From a virus (lineage: Duplodnaviria; Caudoviricetes), in IMG/VR virus record IMGVR_UViG_3300014613_000045, positions 1-40,409 of that record: a stretch of 40,409 nucleotides of DNA. The stretch is one strand, 5' to 3'. The notes beneath the pieces were generated by a model. It ran no database searches, was not told the origin of the DNA, and worked only from the letters and a program-made list of their open reading frames with translations. The position numbers and the translations under genes were made by a program. Of the stretch, positions 9,636 to 19,546 are shown piece by piece; positions within the stretch are counted from its first letter, which is position 1, and each line of letters begins with the position of its first letter.

Positions 9636-11215
9636 TGGGACTGCTCTTGAATCCTTGCAGGCCGTGCTGCTGCCCATGCCAGTGTGTGCGTGACACATTC
9701 ACCGGCACAGACTCGACACCTATCGGCAACCGAGCCATGGACAGCGGCTGCACGTGGTCGATGCCTCGTCCAGCCTATCCAATTGTCGGTGTCAACACGG
9801 GCGGCGCCGGCACTGCTTCTTTTGTCATAGGTGGTGACCGTCTTTCTGTGTTGGATGGCCTTCTGGAAGTTGCGGGCAGTACGGCTAATGACGGGGCTTA
9901 TACTGAGCGGTTCGGATCATCGTATGATGCCGGTGCAGACGAGACCACTGTCAACGTCAATGAAGAGGTGATTGACTCAACGGCGGATGGCAACCTGGAG
10001 ATCATCCTCTACACGTCGATGGAACTATGGATGAACCGGGCGTCTCCGTGGCCCAACACGGACGCGGAGACGCTGTCAATGCATCTCGCAGACGTTTGCA
10101 CTGGCGACGTGACGGTTACGGCTCGTGTTCTGCCAGGAACCAATCCAAACACATCAATAGAAATAGGAAGGCTGGGCATCATTGCCAGAGCCAGTGAGGA
10201 TGGTGAAACGCGGTGGATTGCCTATGTGAATAGTCGCATCAGCGCCCAGCGGTTTTATCTTCGCGGCGTTCAGGATGGTGTTTTCATTCATACTCAGAGC
10301 GTTCTCTTGACATGGCCGGCAGTTCAAGACACATCGCAATTAGAATGTCTGGAAATCAGTCTGGTCTGTTCGGGCGAAAGCATTGTTGCAACATTGAGTG
10401 GCATTGACGGAACGGAAGTGCTTTCTACCACAAGCTCAGTCGGGCAAGACAACACCTACGTCGGAATCATGGGCAATTCGCCCTACGCACATATGTCAAT
10501 TCCGTGGCTGTTAGATGATTTTGTGGCGTGTTCGCAATCAACATCTACAGCAAACGACAACTGCACTGTGAACGACCTGTTTACGGATTCTGATTCAACG
10601 CACCTCGAAGACCACTTGCCGGATAAGGGGGCACCGTGGATCGTCAGCCACACAGCGTTGACGTATCCACCATTCGAGATTGTGAGCAACCGCGTGAATC
10701 TGAACTTTTCGGGCGCACAAAACATATTGGCCTTATTGGACGTTGGCACCGGTGATGTGGCCCTGACAGCGGACTTGGCGGCGGGCGGGCCTCAGTTTGT
10801 GAACACGTGGCATGGGCCTCAGTTTTTGAACACGTGGCATGGGATCGTAGCGAGAGCAACAGCCGATTATCAGAACTTCTGGGCGGTCGTGCCTAATCGG
10901 ATTAGCAATCAGTTGGAATTGTGGAAATGTGAGGCAGGCGTCAAGAGCCTGGAGGCATCTATGGCGAATTTATTCGGCCTTAGTCCTGATCCATCGCACG
11001 ACTATAAGCACCAGTATTTTTGGGCACGCTTTACGGGAAGCAGCATTGTTGCATCCCCTTTCTCAACAGTGCTCCCGGGGCTTTCACATAGCAGTAGCTT
11101 CGGTGAAACCAATACGCACTGCGGGATGTATCGCTCGACCGCGTTCTTCTATGGTTCGCCCCTTCCGATGTGTCGCTCTCACTTGGTTGACAACTTTGAG
11201 GTGACTGCACTATGA
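9635..11215 (+). CDS. Putative tail fibre/adhesin with Cys-rich N-terminus and two beta-sandwich modules
   Basis: NPCRPCCCPCQC start; two D.FT..DST...D.G..W modules; TGATG coupling. Confidence 0.6.
   Translation: MGLLLNPCRPCCCPCQCVRDTFTGTDSTPIGNRAMDSGCTWSMPRPAYPIVGVNTGGAGTASFVIGGDRLSVLDGLLEVAGSTANDGAYTERFGSSYDAGADETTVNVNEEVIDSTADGNLEIILYTSMELWMNRASPWPNTDAETLSMHLADVCTGDVTVTARVLPGTNPNTSIEIGRLGIIARASEDGETRWIAYVNSRISAQRFYLRGVQDGVFIHTQSVLLTWPAVQDTSQLECLEISLVCSGESIVATLSGIDGTEVLSTTSSVGQDNTYVGIMGNSPYAHMSIPWLLDDFVACSQSTSTANDNCTVNDLFTDSDSTHLEDHLPDKGAPWIVSHTALTYPPFEIVSNRVNLNFSGAQNILALLDVGTGDVALTADLAAGGPQFVNTWHGPQFLNTWHGIVARATADYQNFWAVVPNRISNQLELWKCEAGVKSLEASMANLFGLSPDPSHDYKHQYFWARFTGSSIVASPFSTVLPGLSHSSSFGETNTHCGMYRSTAFFYGSPLPMCRSHLVDNFEVTAL
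10787..10840 (+). repeat. 27-bp in-frame tandem duplication (GPQFVNTWH / GPQFLNTWH)
   Basis: GGGCCTCAGTTTGTGAACACGTGGCAT then GGGCCTCAGTTTTTGAACACGTGGCAT, 1 mismatch. Confidence 0.95.
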
Positions 11216-11538
11216 CCTGCCTCTGCCGAACCAAAGCCTACCCGTTCTACTGCATCGGGCGAAAGGTCCGCGTCCACAGCCCGGAAGAGCACGCGGCCTG
11301 CCCCGGCGTGTCGATACCGGGCGGCAAGGGGCGATTCTACAACGGCGGCACGTGCGGGCGTCGCGGGGAATCACTCGGCACGATGAAGGGCAATCTGTGC
11401 GGCGGGAACCACGGCATGTGTGCGGTCTACCGCTGCTCGAAGCACGGCAAATGCAGCGACACGCTCGTGAGGAATGACGTCCGAAGTTGTGAGACGTGTC
11501 GAGATCATACGGGGAAAGACAATCATGGCAATATCTGA
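11212..11538 (+). CDS. Small Cys-rich hypothetical protein
   Basis: ATGA overlap with the upstream gene; many Cys including C.KHGKC and CETCRD. Confidence 0.65.
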   Translation: MTCLCRTKAYPFYCIGRKVRVHSPEEHAACPGVSIPGGKGRFYNGGTCGRRGESLGTMKGNLCGGNHGMCAVYRCSKHGKCSDTLVRNDVRSCETCRDHTGKDNHGNI

Positions 11539-12421
11539 CCTTCCGAACCTTGATGAGGCACCGGCACTGGCCGACACATGGGTGATGCACGTCAACTCCG
11601 CATCACCGGCGAAGGACTATTACGTCCTGCTGTCCGACTTCGCAAGCTACGTTGGAGCGGCCGGCCTAGTGGTCCACACGCACCTCGATGCTGGGGAAGG
11701 TGGAACGCTCACTGAGGCGGCTATCAGCGATCTCGACCACACCGACGCCGATGCCTTCCATGACAACGTGAGTGGGGAGATCGCGGCGCTAACCGAGCAG
11801 GTGGCTCTTGTAGATGGCGATTGGTTCGTCATCGAACGGGCGTCGGACGGGGCAAAACGCAAATTCGACGCCGCGAACCTGCCAAGCGGCAGTTGCAGCT
11901 CCAGCAGCAGCAGCGGCGGAGGCGGGACTGGCCGGGTTGTCGAGATCATCAGTGTCGACTGCCCGGCCGACGACGCACCAACACCGGGAACACGCGACGG
12001 CGGGTCAACGCCGGCCGAGCGGCAAGCGGCTTACGAGTTTGACACCGCTATTGACACCTACCTCGACCACCGTTGTTGGCTCTCAGGTTACGCGGGCGGC
12101 GGGCTGACCTTCACGGTCGCGTGGCGGGCCGACACGGCAACCAGCGGGGACGTCCGGCTCGGGTTGGCGATCCGGCGGCTAGACACCGGCGAAGATTACG
12201 ACGTCGCCCACACGTTCGTGTTCAACAGCGTGGACTCGACCGCCCCGGACGCGGCGGGAAAGACCCAGTACGCGACGATCACCTTCACAGACGGGGCCGA
12301 TATGGATTCGGTCGTTGACGGCGAGGTGTTTATTCTGCGGTTCATACGCGAGGGCACGCACGTGAACGACGACATGACCGGGGCGCTGCAAGTCCTAGCC
12401 ATTCTCGGCGAGGAAAGCTGA
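11525..12421 (+). CDS. Putative virion structural / tail-fibre-associated protein
   Basis: MAISDLP start, acidic, Ser/Gly linker, beta-sandwich-like C-terminal domain. Confidence 0.6.
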   Translation: MAISDLPNLDEAPALADTWVMHVNSASPAKDYYVLLSDFASYVGAAGLVVHTHLDAGEGGTLTEAAISDLDHTDADAFHDNVSGEIAALTEQVALVDGDWFVIERASDGAKRKFDAANLPSGSCSSSSSSGGGGTGRVVEIISVDCPADDAPTPGTRDGGSTPAERQAAYEFDTAIDTYLDHRCWLSGYAGGGLTFTVAWRADTATSGDVRLGLAIRRLDTGEDYDVAHTFVFNSVDSTAPDAAGKTQYATITFTDGADMDSVVDGEVFILRFIREGTHVNDDMTGALQVLAILGEES

Positions 12422-14442
12422 TGTCTCGCGACTTCACGAAGTCCACCGCGAACTACATGAGCCTGGGGACGAACGCTCTCTCGCCTCTGCTCAGCGGTGC
12501 CACCACGATCTGCGGTCACGCCTGGGTGTGGGTCGACACGTTCGACACCGGGGCGACGGACAACAAGATTCTGACGATCATCCACGACGGAGCGAATGAG
12601 GGGCTGTCGCTGTTGCTCAGCGGGGCATCGCCAGTGCTCAAGGTGCAGGGACGCTCTGAGACCGGCGAGACGTTGCGTAGTCTGTCCGGCGCGACGCCGG
12701 TTCCCACTGGGCAGTGGGTATCAGTCGGCTTCCGGTGCGACTTCGCGAACGACGTAACGAACGCGGTCTTTCTGAACGGTAGCAGCGACAATGACGGGGC
12801 CATGTCGTGGGACACGACGGCTTACACGCCGGGCGTGCCGACACTCAATGACCGGATCGGCTCACACCCCGGCGGCGTTGTGACTCAGTGGTTTGATGGA
12901 CGGATTGCTGAAGTGGTGCTGTGGGCTGGCGACATCAGCGACGCTGGTTTTGCGGCCCTCGCGAAGGGCTGGCATCCGCCGGAAGTGGCGCGGCCGTTGT
13001 GCTACTTCCCGTTGCTCGGTGACGAGTCTTCTCTTGGCATGATTCGTGACAACTTCACAGACACAAACGGCGTGAGCCTGGATGCCCATGTGATGGACGT
13101 CGGCAGTGGTTGGGTTGAATACGCTGGGACTTGGCAAGTTAGCAATAACAAAGCAGAGATGACTACGGTCGGCGGCGGTCGGGTGGCCGCCGATTCAGGC
13201 AAGACAGATGTCACGATCACCGCTGAGGTGCATATCGGCCAAGCAGGGAGCACGCTTGCCCCCGGTCTCGTCGGTCGTTTAGCAGATGCAAATAATTTCT
13301 GGGCGGTCATCCTAAACCAGAGTGATCTTCAGCTTCAATTGTGGGAAGTAACGGGAGGGAGTGGTAGCCTACGTGACTCCGCTGGTTATTATTACTTGCC
13401 GAACACAACTTATCAGCTTGAATTGGTGCTAGACGGCACGGCAATTTCTGCAACTGATGGCAATGTCTCAGTAAGCTATAGCAGTGCAGCGCACCAATCG
13501 AACACAAAACATGGACTGCAAAACAATCAAGGTTCACCTATTACAAATCGAAACACATGGGACAACTTCACGGCGGCACGTCCCGGCTTCCGCGACGAGT
13601 ACGGCAACCAGACGGCGACGATCACCGGCACGATCGCAAAGGCCGTTCATCCGCCGAAGCGGGCTGGCATCTGGGTTCCTCAGTGGTTTGGGAACTCACT
13701 CACGATCGTTGAGTCAGTGCCGTCCGGCGACTTCGACCCGTACGACTGGGGTACGCCGATTTGGTGGATGGACGCGGCACAAGGGGTTGAACAAGCCGAT
13801 GGCGTACCGTCAACCGACGGGCAGAATGTACGAAACTGGCTAGACTCGACCGTGACCGGGATGGACTTTCAGCAAACCGTAGCATCGTGGAAGCCCTACT
13901 TTTATACGGGTGTTGTCAACGGTTATCCGGTCGTTCGGTTCGACGGTTCAGACGACTTTATGGAGCCGTTCAATTCCAATCGGTTGGGGGCATTCACAGA
14001 GTTGACGGCGTTCGTTGTCTTCAAAACAGACAGCAATTCTATATGGCAGGGATTACTAGGATACACGGACGCGGTCGGTGGCCGAACATTTCGCGTAGAT
14101 ATCGCAAATTCTGGTATAGGCAACACTGTTGCATGTCTGATCTATGCCAGTGGAAATGTATGGTTGGACGCTTCGTCCGTTGATCTATCGGACTGGCTCA
14201 TGATCACATTTACGATCCAACAATCCGGTACAGGACGGCTCTGGATTAGCAACGTTCTGCAAGACACCGAAGCAATCGGCACGCTGCAATATACTGGAAC
14301 TGGCGATTTGGCAATTGGAAAAGTTGTTGGAAACAAGTTTGATGGTGACCTTGCAGAGATCATCTACTACAACGCGGTACTCTCCGACGCCAACCGCATT
14401 GCCGCAACCGCAGCCCTGATGGCCAAGTACGGAATCACATGA
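12421..14442 (+). CDS. Multi-domain LamG/concanavalin-like adhesin
   Basis: Two LamG-like motifs (WFDGRIAEVVLW; FDGDLAEIIYYNAVLS, preceded by PVVRFDGSDD) and an inserted beta-sandwich module. Confidence 0.75.
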   Translation: MSRDFTKSTANYMSLGTNALSPLLSGATTICGHAWVWVDTFDTGATDNKILTIIHDGANEGLSLLLSGASPVLKVQGRSETGETLRSLSGATPVPTGQWVSVGFRCDFANDVTNAVFLNGSSDNDGAMSWDTTAYTPGVPTLNDRIGSHPGGVVTQWFDGRIAEVVLWAGDISDAGFAALAKGWHPPEVARPLCYFPLLGDESSLGMIRDNFTDTNGVSLDAHVMDVGSGWVEYAGTWQVSNNKAEMTTVGGGRVAADSGKTDVTITAEVHIGQAGSTLAPGLVGRLADANNFWAVILNQSDLQLQLWEVTGGSGSLRDSAGYYYLPNTTYQLELVLDGTAISATDGNVSVSYSSAAHQSNTKHGLQNNQGSPITNRNTWDNFTAARPGFRDEYGNQTATITGTIAKAVHPPKRAGIWVPQWFGNSLTIVESVPSGDFDPYDWGTPIWWMDAAQGVEQADGVPSTDGQNVRNWLDSTVTGMDFQQTVASWKPYFYTGVVNGYPVVRFDGSDDFMEPFNSNRLGAFTELTAFVVFKTDSNSIWQGLLGYTDAVGGRTFRVDIANSGIGNTVACLIYASGNVWLDASSVDLSDWLMITFTIQQSGTGRLWISNVLQDTEAIGTLQYTGTGDLAIGKVVGNKFDGDLAEIIYYNAVLSDANRIAATAALMAKYGIT

Positions 14443-16787
14443 GACCCTGGGACTACCAAGTCTGCGCGGCAATCCCGGTCTTCGGATCACCGGAAGCGGT
14501 CAAGGTGTGTATTGACACGCTCCGCTGCCAGACAGAGCGTCCCTGCATTGTCCTGGTGGACACCGGAAGCAACTCAGACGACTTTGCCGAGATCGAAGCG
14601 ATGCGAGCCGATGACTGCGAAGTTCATGCGATCCGCACGCGGGCAACCATTCATCCGCATGACAACGTTGCCTCCGCGATGGACTTGGCATTTTCACTCT
14701 GCCGATCGCCGTTTCTGTTCGCAACGCATGCCGACTGCTTTCTGAAACGGCGGGAACTGCTGGCCGAGATGGTCGAGTTGTGCAAGTCGAAATCGCCGAT
14801 CGTCGGGTACGGCATGTCACCCCGGAACTTCCCGGCACACCGCTGGATGGTGTCGCACGTCTGCACGATGTTCGATATGAAAGTGATGGACCGGATCAAC
14901 GCTGGGTGGTGTCAGCGCCGGCTTGTGGTGCAAGAGGGCGACGGCAAGACGCGGGTGCATGAACCGATCCGGGGCGGCTGGCCTGACACGGATTTGTTCT
15001 GGAACTACCAAGCAAAAGCCGCCGGGATCACGCCCTACCGGATCGGGCGCGAGCCGAGAGCCGACACGTCCTTTGAAGATCACAACATAGAACACTCGCG
15101 AGGCGGCGGCAACGTCCAGGGAAACGGGGAACTCATAACACGACTCGGTGCGGCGGTCGAACGGGCTCGCGAGCGGCTGAGAGAATGGAACGTTCCCAAC
15201 ACGGAACTGGCCGGGCCGATTCGCGATAATGTCCGAGTGAAGCCGGCCAGTCTCGTGCGGGATGCCGGGCCGGATGTGGTTTTGCCCAGACCTATCGCCG
15301 TTGTGATTCCGGCCGCTGGTTCACCGGACCTGACGTCTCGGTGCCTCGATCACTTGTGTTGGTATGCCGACGTGCCTTTTGATGTCATCTATGTCGACAA
15401 TGGTGGTACGCCGGACGTGGCTGAGAGAGTAGCGAGCCATGCCGAACGGCTGGGACTCGACCTAGTAACGATCCATAACTCGACAAATCGAGGATTCACG
15501 GCGGCCGTCAACCAGGGGATTCGAGCGGCGGCCGGTCGTCACGTGCTCCTGCTAAACAACGATTGTTTCATCGGGCCGGGTTGTCTCATGCGGATGCTAT
15601 CCCACCTCCAGACTGACCGAGTTGCGGCCGTGGGGCCTTTCACGAGCGATGGTGGAATTCAGTCGCTCCATCGCCAAAAGAACGTCAACATGGCGTGCGT
15701 GGGGAAAGACCTAGAACTTGACGACTCCCTCACAACGGCTCTCGCATTAACGGAGAACGCCGGGAGGTCGAAGGCGATCACGCGGCTCGCGTTTTTTTGT
15801 ACTTTGTTGTCGGCTGATGCGATCGACGAAATTGGAGACCTTGACGAGCGTTTCGCAAACCTCGGTTCAGACGACGACTGGTGTGTCCGCGCCCAAACAG
15901 CGGGCTGGCAGGTGCGGATTGCCCTGGATGCTTACGCATGCCACATACACAAGGCGACGTTTGAACGCCTTGGTTTTGATCGGCGCCAAATGCAACTCAG
16001 GGCGGAAGCAGCAAAACGGAAAAGCAGCACATGGCGGTGCATTCTGGCCGTGCCGGTCTTTAACCGGCTCGAATACGTTCGGCAGTCTCTGGAGTCGATA
16101 ATCGAACAAGACTATCCAGCATTGCGGACAATCGTGTGGGACAACGGATCGGACGACGAAACGCGAGTATATCTTGAGCAACGTCTTGCGAACGTGCCAC
16201 ACGTGACGCTGATTCGCGCGCCGGTAAACATGGGTTGCGTGTATCCGCAATCTGTGATCTGGAACCGTTACGCGCATCAAGCCGAACTGCTCGCAAAACT
16301 CGATAGCGACATGATCGTACCTCCCGACTGTATTTCCCGGCTTGCGGCAGCGTGCCAAGTATCTGACCGACTTGGATTTATGGGTGCCTTTCACTTTCGC
16401 GCGGACGGAGAGCAGTGGATCAACCCTGACCGCATCGTCAATGAGGGAAAATTATCGTTTGTCAAGCAGCAGCACGTCGGTGGGTGTGGGATGATTCGAG
16501 CCGACGTGTACCGGGCAACCGGGCCGATCAAGGTCCCGTTGAACGCCAGCAAAAAACCGTTTGCGGATGGCAGTTTTACCATCTATCAACTCGCGCTGAA
16601 TGAGGCGGGCTACCTTAACGGCTATCCGTCCCCGTTGATTCACATCGACCAAATGGAGGATACGCGATCGTCGCACTCAATTGAAACGCCGGAGTACATT
16701 GCTTACAAGGTTGAGATGCGAGGACGGACGCCAGCACAAGTGACGCAGTACAGTTGGATCAAAAATGCTAAACGGAACCTTGGCTAA
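14439..16787 (+). CDS. Triple GT-A (GT2-like) glycosyltransferase
   Basis: Three domains: AIPVFG..LVDTGS..THADC; VVIPAA..YVDNGG..NRGFTAAVNQG..LLNND..DDDWC; AVPVFNR..WDNGSDD..KLDSD. Confidence 0.88.
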   Translation: MRPWDYQVCAAIPVFGSPEAVKVCIDTLRCQTERPCIVLVDTGSNSDDFAEIEAMRADDCEVHAIRTRATIHPHDNVASAMDLAFSLCRSPFLFATHADCFLKRRELLAEMVELCKSKSPIVGYGMSPRNFPAHRWMVSHVCTMFDMKVMDRINAGWCQRRLVVQEGDGKTRVHEPIRGGWPDTDLFWNYQAKAAGITPYRIGREPRADTSFEDHNIEHSRGGGNVQGNGELITRLGAAVERARERLREWNVPNTELAGPIRDNVRVKPASLVRDAGPDVVLPRPIAVVIPAAGSPDLTSRCLDHLCWYADVPFDVIYVDNGGTPDVAERVASHAERLGLDLVTIHNSTNRGFTAAVNQGIRAAAGRHVLLLNNDCFIGPGCLMRMLSHLQTDRVAAVGPFTSDGGIQSLHRQKNVNMACVGKDLELDDSLTTALALTENAGRSKAITRLAFFCTLLSADAIDEIGDLDERFANLGSDDDWCVRAQTAGWQVRIALDAYACHIHKATFERLGFDRRQMQLRAEAAKRKSSTWRCILAVPVFNRLEYVRQSLESIIEQDYPALRTIVWDNGSDDETRVYLEQRLANVPHVTLIRAPVNMGCVYPQSVIWNRYAHQAELLAKLDSDMIVPPDCISRLAAACQVSDRLGFMGAFHFRADGEQWINPDRIVNEGKLSFVKQQHVGGCGMIRADVYRATGPIKVPLNASKKPFADGSFTIYQLALNEAGYLNGYPSPLIHIDQMEDTRSSHSIETPEYIAYKVEMRGRTPAQVTQYSWIKNAKRNLG

Positions 16788-16802
16788 ATTACAGGAGAAA
16801 GC

Positions 16803-17375
16803 ATGTACTACACAAAATATGTAAGCATGGTTGCTGCTTTGCACAGGCATCCTGAGTATGCGGGCATTGATACGGTCGTCGAAACCGGGACTGCAACGGG
16901 TGACTTCGCTATGACGCTGCGCAACCTGTTCGATCATGTTCACACGATAGAGCTGTCCGACCGTTTATTCGCGGAAGTCGGCAAGAACTTTCGCGACAGC
17001 AAGGTTCATTTTCATCACGGCGATTCAGCTATCGTGGTGCCGGAATTGTCTGTCGAAATCAATCGACCTTGTATCTGGTATCTCGACGCCCACTATTGCA
17101 AGCAGTATGAAGGTCGTGCGGCCGGCCAAAAGATGTTCCCCCTGTGGCAAGAACTTGCGGCAATTCGGGCACGGCCGTATGCCGAGATCGTCATAGTGGA
17201 TGATGTGCATAATTTTGGACGGTTCCGTGGCGAGAATTGGGGCAACTGGGAGGACGTGTCAGAGACCACCATCTGTGAGGCACTCGATCAGAGCAGAACG
17301 TTTGACGCCTATTTCGCCAAACGTGAATTCGTTGTGTACCGCAAAGGAGCAGAGAAATGTCAACAGGCGGAGTAG
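16803..17375 (+). CDS. SAM-dependent methyltransferase-like protein
   Basis: VETGTATG, HTIELS, HGDS, YLDAH, IVDD motifs. Confidence 0.75.
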   Translation: MYYTKYVSMVAALHRHPEYAGIDTVVETGTATGDFAMTLRNLFDHVHTIELSDRLFAEVGKNFRDSKVHFHHGDSAIVVPELSVEINRPCIWYLDAHYCKQYEGRAAGQKMFPLWQELAAIRARPYAEIVIVDDVHNFGRFRGENWGNWEDVSETTICEALDQSRTFDAYFAKREFVVYRKGAEKCQQAE

Positions 17376-18097
17376 CCATCTGTCACTACAATCGAACCAG
17401 CCATCTACAGCATATCATCCAGTGCGTGAAGAAAACGACGCCGGGTTGGGTCAAGGTGATCGTCTGCGACGATAGCTCGGAGCAAGCTGACGTGGTCGCA
17501 CAAATCTGCGACGAGGAGCAGGTTGTTTTGATCCGGGGCAAGAGCAGGGGCAACCCCGGAAACAAAAATCGCGCTCTGTTTGCCCTACAGGACTGTGATT
17601 ACGTTTGCCTCCTTGAAGACGACTGCAAGCCCGTAAGCGATGGATGGTTTGAGGCATACGCAGCGGTCGCTGCTGAGTTTGGAATCAACCACTTTTGCCG
17701 AGTTGTCGAAAAACGCACTACACCGGCGGCGCCAGAGATCGACAGACACGTAAAGGAGTTGCTTGGGTACACGCTGGAGTATAGCAGCAAGCTTCGCGGA
17801 GACATGATTTTCGTCACTAGGCGAGTTTTGGAGATTGTCGGCGGATGGTGTCCGATGTTCCGTGGATGTGGGCACGCTCACCAGGAATGGTCGGGGCGTA
17901 TTTTCAGGGCTGGTCTAATCGCCCACCCAAATCGCTGGATTGATTTGGTCGAATGCGAGTGGGAATCGATCGGCGACCGCCAAGGCGGACGGTGGAATGA
18001 AGAGGAAGAGTGCACGAAGCAGATTGCCAGAAATGAAAAAATCATGCTGGAGATCAGCAACACACCAGTAGTGTATTGGCCGCTACGGTTTGAGTAA
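17357..18097 (+). CDS. GT2-like glycosyltransferase
   Basis: HYNR, VIVCDDSS, NKNRAL, LLEDD, VGGW..F.G.G. Confidence 0.85.
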   Translation: MSTGGVAICHYNRTSHLQHIIQCVKKTTPGWVKVIVCDDSSEQADVVAQICDEEQVVLIRGKSRGNPGNKNRALFALQDCDYVCLLEDDCKPVSDGWFEAYAAVAAEFGINHFCRVVEKRTTPAAPEIDRHVKELLGYTLEYSSKLRGDMIFVTRRVLEIVGGWCPMFRGCGHAHQEWSGRIFRAGLIAHPNRWIDLVECEWESIGDRQGGRWNEEEECTKQIARNEKIMLEISNTPVVYWPLRFE

Positions 18098-18099
18098 AA

Positions 18100-18330
18100 A
18101 TGAACTCACTGCCCATTGACGTCGTACTAACCCGCACGACGCCCGGATGGAAAGACGGCACCGGCGTGCAAACCAGTCTGCCGGAGGGCTGCTATCGCAT
18201 CACTGGGCAGCGTATTGACCGGGGTACGCGATACCTCCTACTCGACGGCGAGGTGTGGGTGTCCTACTGGGATGTTTCCGTGGTCGCCGTTGGCGTAGCG
18301 ACCGGCAACTCAAATCTCGGCAGCGCATGA
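18100..18330 (+). CDS. Hypothetical protein
   Basis: Last ORF of the + strand operon, 2 nt after the preceding stop. Confidence 0.5.
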   Translation: MNSLPIDVVLTRTTPGWKDGTGVQTSLPEGCYRITGQRIDRGTRYLLLDGEVWVSYWDVSVVAVGVATGNSNLGSA

Positions 18331-18633
18331 ATATGCGGCGAAGCCGAGGGCAACGCCGGATACGCGGTGTATCCAATCTTGGAGTATCTCGCGGAGATGA
18401 ATCGGTTCGTCATATTGCGTTGAGAGGTGCTCCGAAAATATCACCCGCGTGGCGGTCTCAGGGTCATCGAAGGCGCCGCAACTGTTGAAGCGAATAACGA
18501 CGCGCCAATAGGTCTCGAAGTATTCCGGGTCGTCGGGATCGACGCCCTTCTCCCGTTTCAGTTCTTCAGCCTCGATTCTCCAGTAGCACCGGAAAGCGTC
18601 CTTGTGATTCCAGCGGAGCGTTCTGTGCTTCAT
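18310..18633 (-). CDS. Hypothetical protein
   Basis: ATGA-coupled to the upstream minus-strand ORF. Confidence 0.55.
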   Translation of the reverse strand: MKHRTLRWNHKDAFRCYWRIEAEELKREKGVDPDDPEYFETYWRVVIRFNSCGAFDDPETATRVIFSEHLSTQYDEPIHLREILQDWIHRVSGVALGFAAYSCAAEI

Positions 18634-18845
18634 TGCGGTTTCTCCGGTAAGATTTCACGCGGCGGTCGGCCACGTCTTGCCCTCGCCAACGGCGGATCGT
18701 TCGCCTTGCGGCTGAGCTGGTTCGCCATCGCCATGCGGCTGAACTCGCTGAAGCTAAGGCCGTTCGCCTTGCAGTATTTCTCGACGGCCGCTTGCAGGGC
18801 GAGCGGGATCACCAGCGAGTGGCGCTGGAGCCGGTGGTCAGGCAT
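18630..18845 (-). CDS. Ribbon-helix-helix (CopG-like) DNA-binding protein with AT-hook-like RRGRP
   Basis: HSLVIP.AL..AVEKYCKANGLSFSEFSRMAM; AAGGAG RBS. Confidence 0.6.
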   Translation of the reverse strand: MPDHRLQRHSLVIPLALQAAVEKYCKANGLSFSEFSRMAMANQLSRKANDPPLARARRGRPPREILPEKPQ

Positions 18846-19197
18846 GGGACTCCTTTCCGGTGGCGGCGGCGATGGCGGTCAGTATCGCCAGAGACACCTG
18901 ATCGTCTTCGTCGCAGAGGCCGCAGCGAACGGCCAACTGGCACGCTTCGAGCAGGCCCTTCACGGCACCGGCCTCAAGTGCGTCCGTCGGGATGCCAGCG
19001 CAGGCATTGACGGCCAACACGATGCGGTCGGCGTTGGCGAGTGAGTGGCCGCCTTTCCCCTCGACTTTCGCGATCCGATACGTGGGAGCCTTGTCGGCAC
19101 CGATACCATAAGCGTGATTTGTTGCGTCAAATTGAGTGTCTCCCAACTCGTCGACAACCCACGGCTCCGGTGTGTGCTTCGTTTCATTCGTCATCAT
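18838..19197 (-). CDS. Phage hypothetical protein (KHTPEPW type)
   Basis: KHTPEPW start and ANADRIVLAVNACAGI motif, typical of small phage early proteins. Confidence 0.65.
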   Translation of the reverse strand: MMTNETKHTPEPWVVDELGDTQFDATNHAYGIGADKAPTYRIAKVEGKGGHSLANADRIVLAVNACAGIPTDALEAGAVKGLLEACQLAVRCGLCDEDDQVSLAILTAIAAATGKESHA

Positions 19198-19534
19198 GCT
19201 GCCTTTCCAGAAACTTTTGGACCACCTCGAAGGCGACGTCATCAGCGATCGTCACAGCCTGGTCCCACTCGTCGTCTGAAAAATCATCGAACGTGCCAAT
19301 GCCGCAATCCTTTCGCCGGAACGTGGCACCGTTCCACCCGTGACATGTGCTTCGCGGGACTCTCGCGCACTCCGCCTCTACGTTGGCGATCTCGAGTCCC
19401 AGCCGGTCGAGCACTCCGTTGGTCCATTCGGTGCCGACTTCATCCCAGTAAGTGGGCTCGCGTGCCAGGTCGCGCAGCGGCCCCAAAAGCGTCAACCATT
19501 CTTCGCTCTCACAGACCTCGATTTTTCGTGTCAT
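19184..19534 (-). CDS. Hypothetical protein
   Basis: AGGGAG RBS; part of an overlapping operon. Confidence 0.6.
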   Translation of the reverse strand: MTRKIEVCESEEWLTLLGPLRDLAREPTYWDEVGTEWTNGVLDRLGLEIANVEAECARVPRSTCHGWNGATFRRKDCGIGTFDDFSDDEWDQAVTIADDVAFEVVQKFLERQHDDE

Positions 19535-19546
19535 CGTTTCTCCCTT

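Noticed and set aside
4111-9698. Long minus-strand ORFs opposite tail genes (e.g. 4111-4740, 6547-7182, 7186-7833, 7995-8825, 9039-9698)
   Set aside because: Antisense shadows expected in GC-rich coding DNA; the + strand genes are tightly coupled
9635-14442. Diversity-generating retroelement acting on adhesins
   Set aside because: No reverse transcriptase and no template/variable repeat pair differing at adenines was seen in the window
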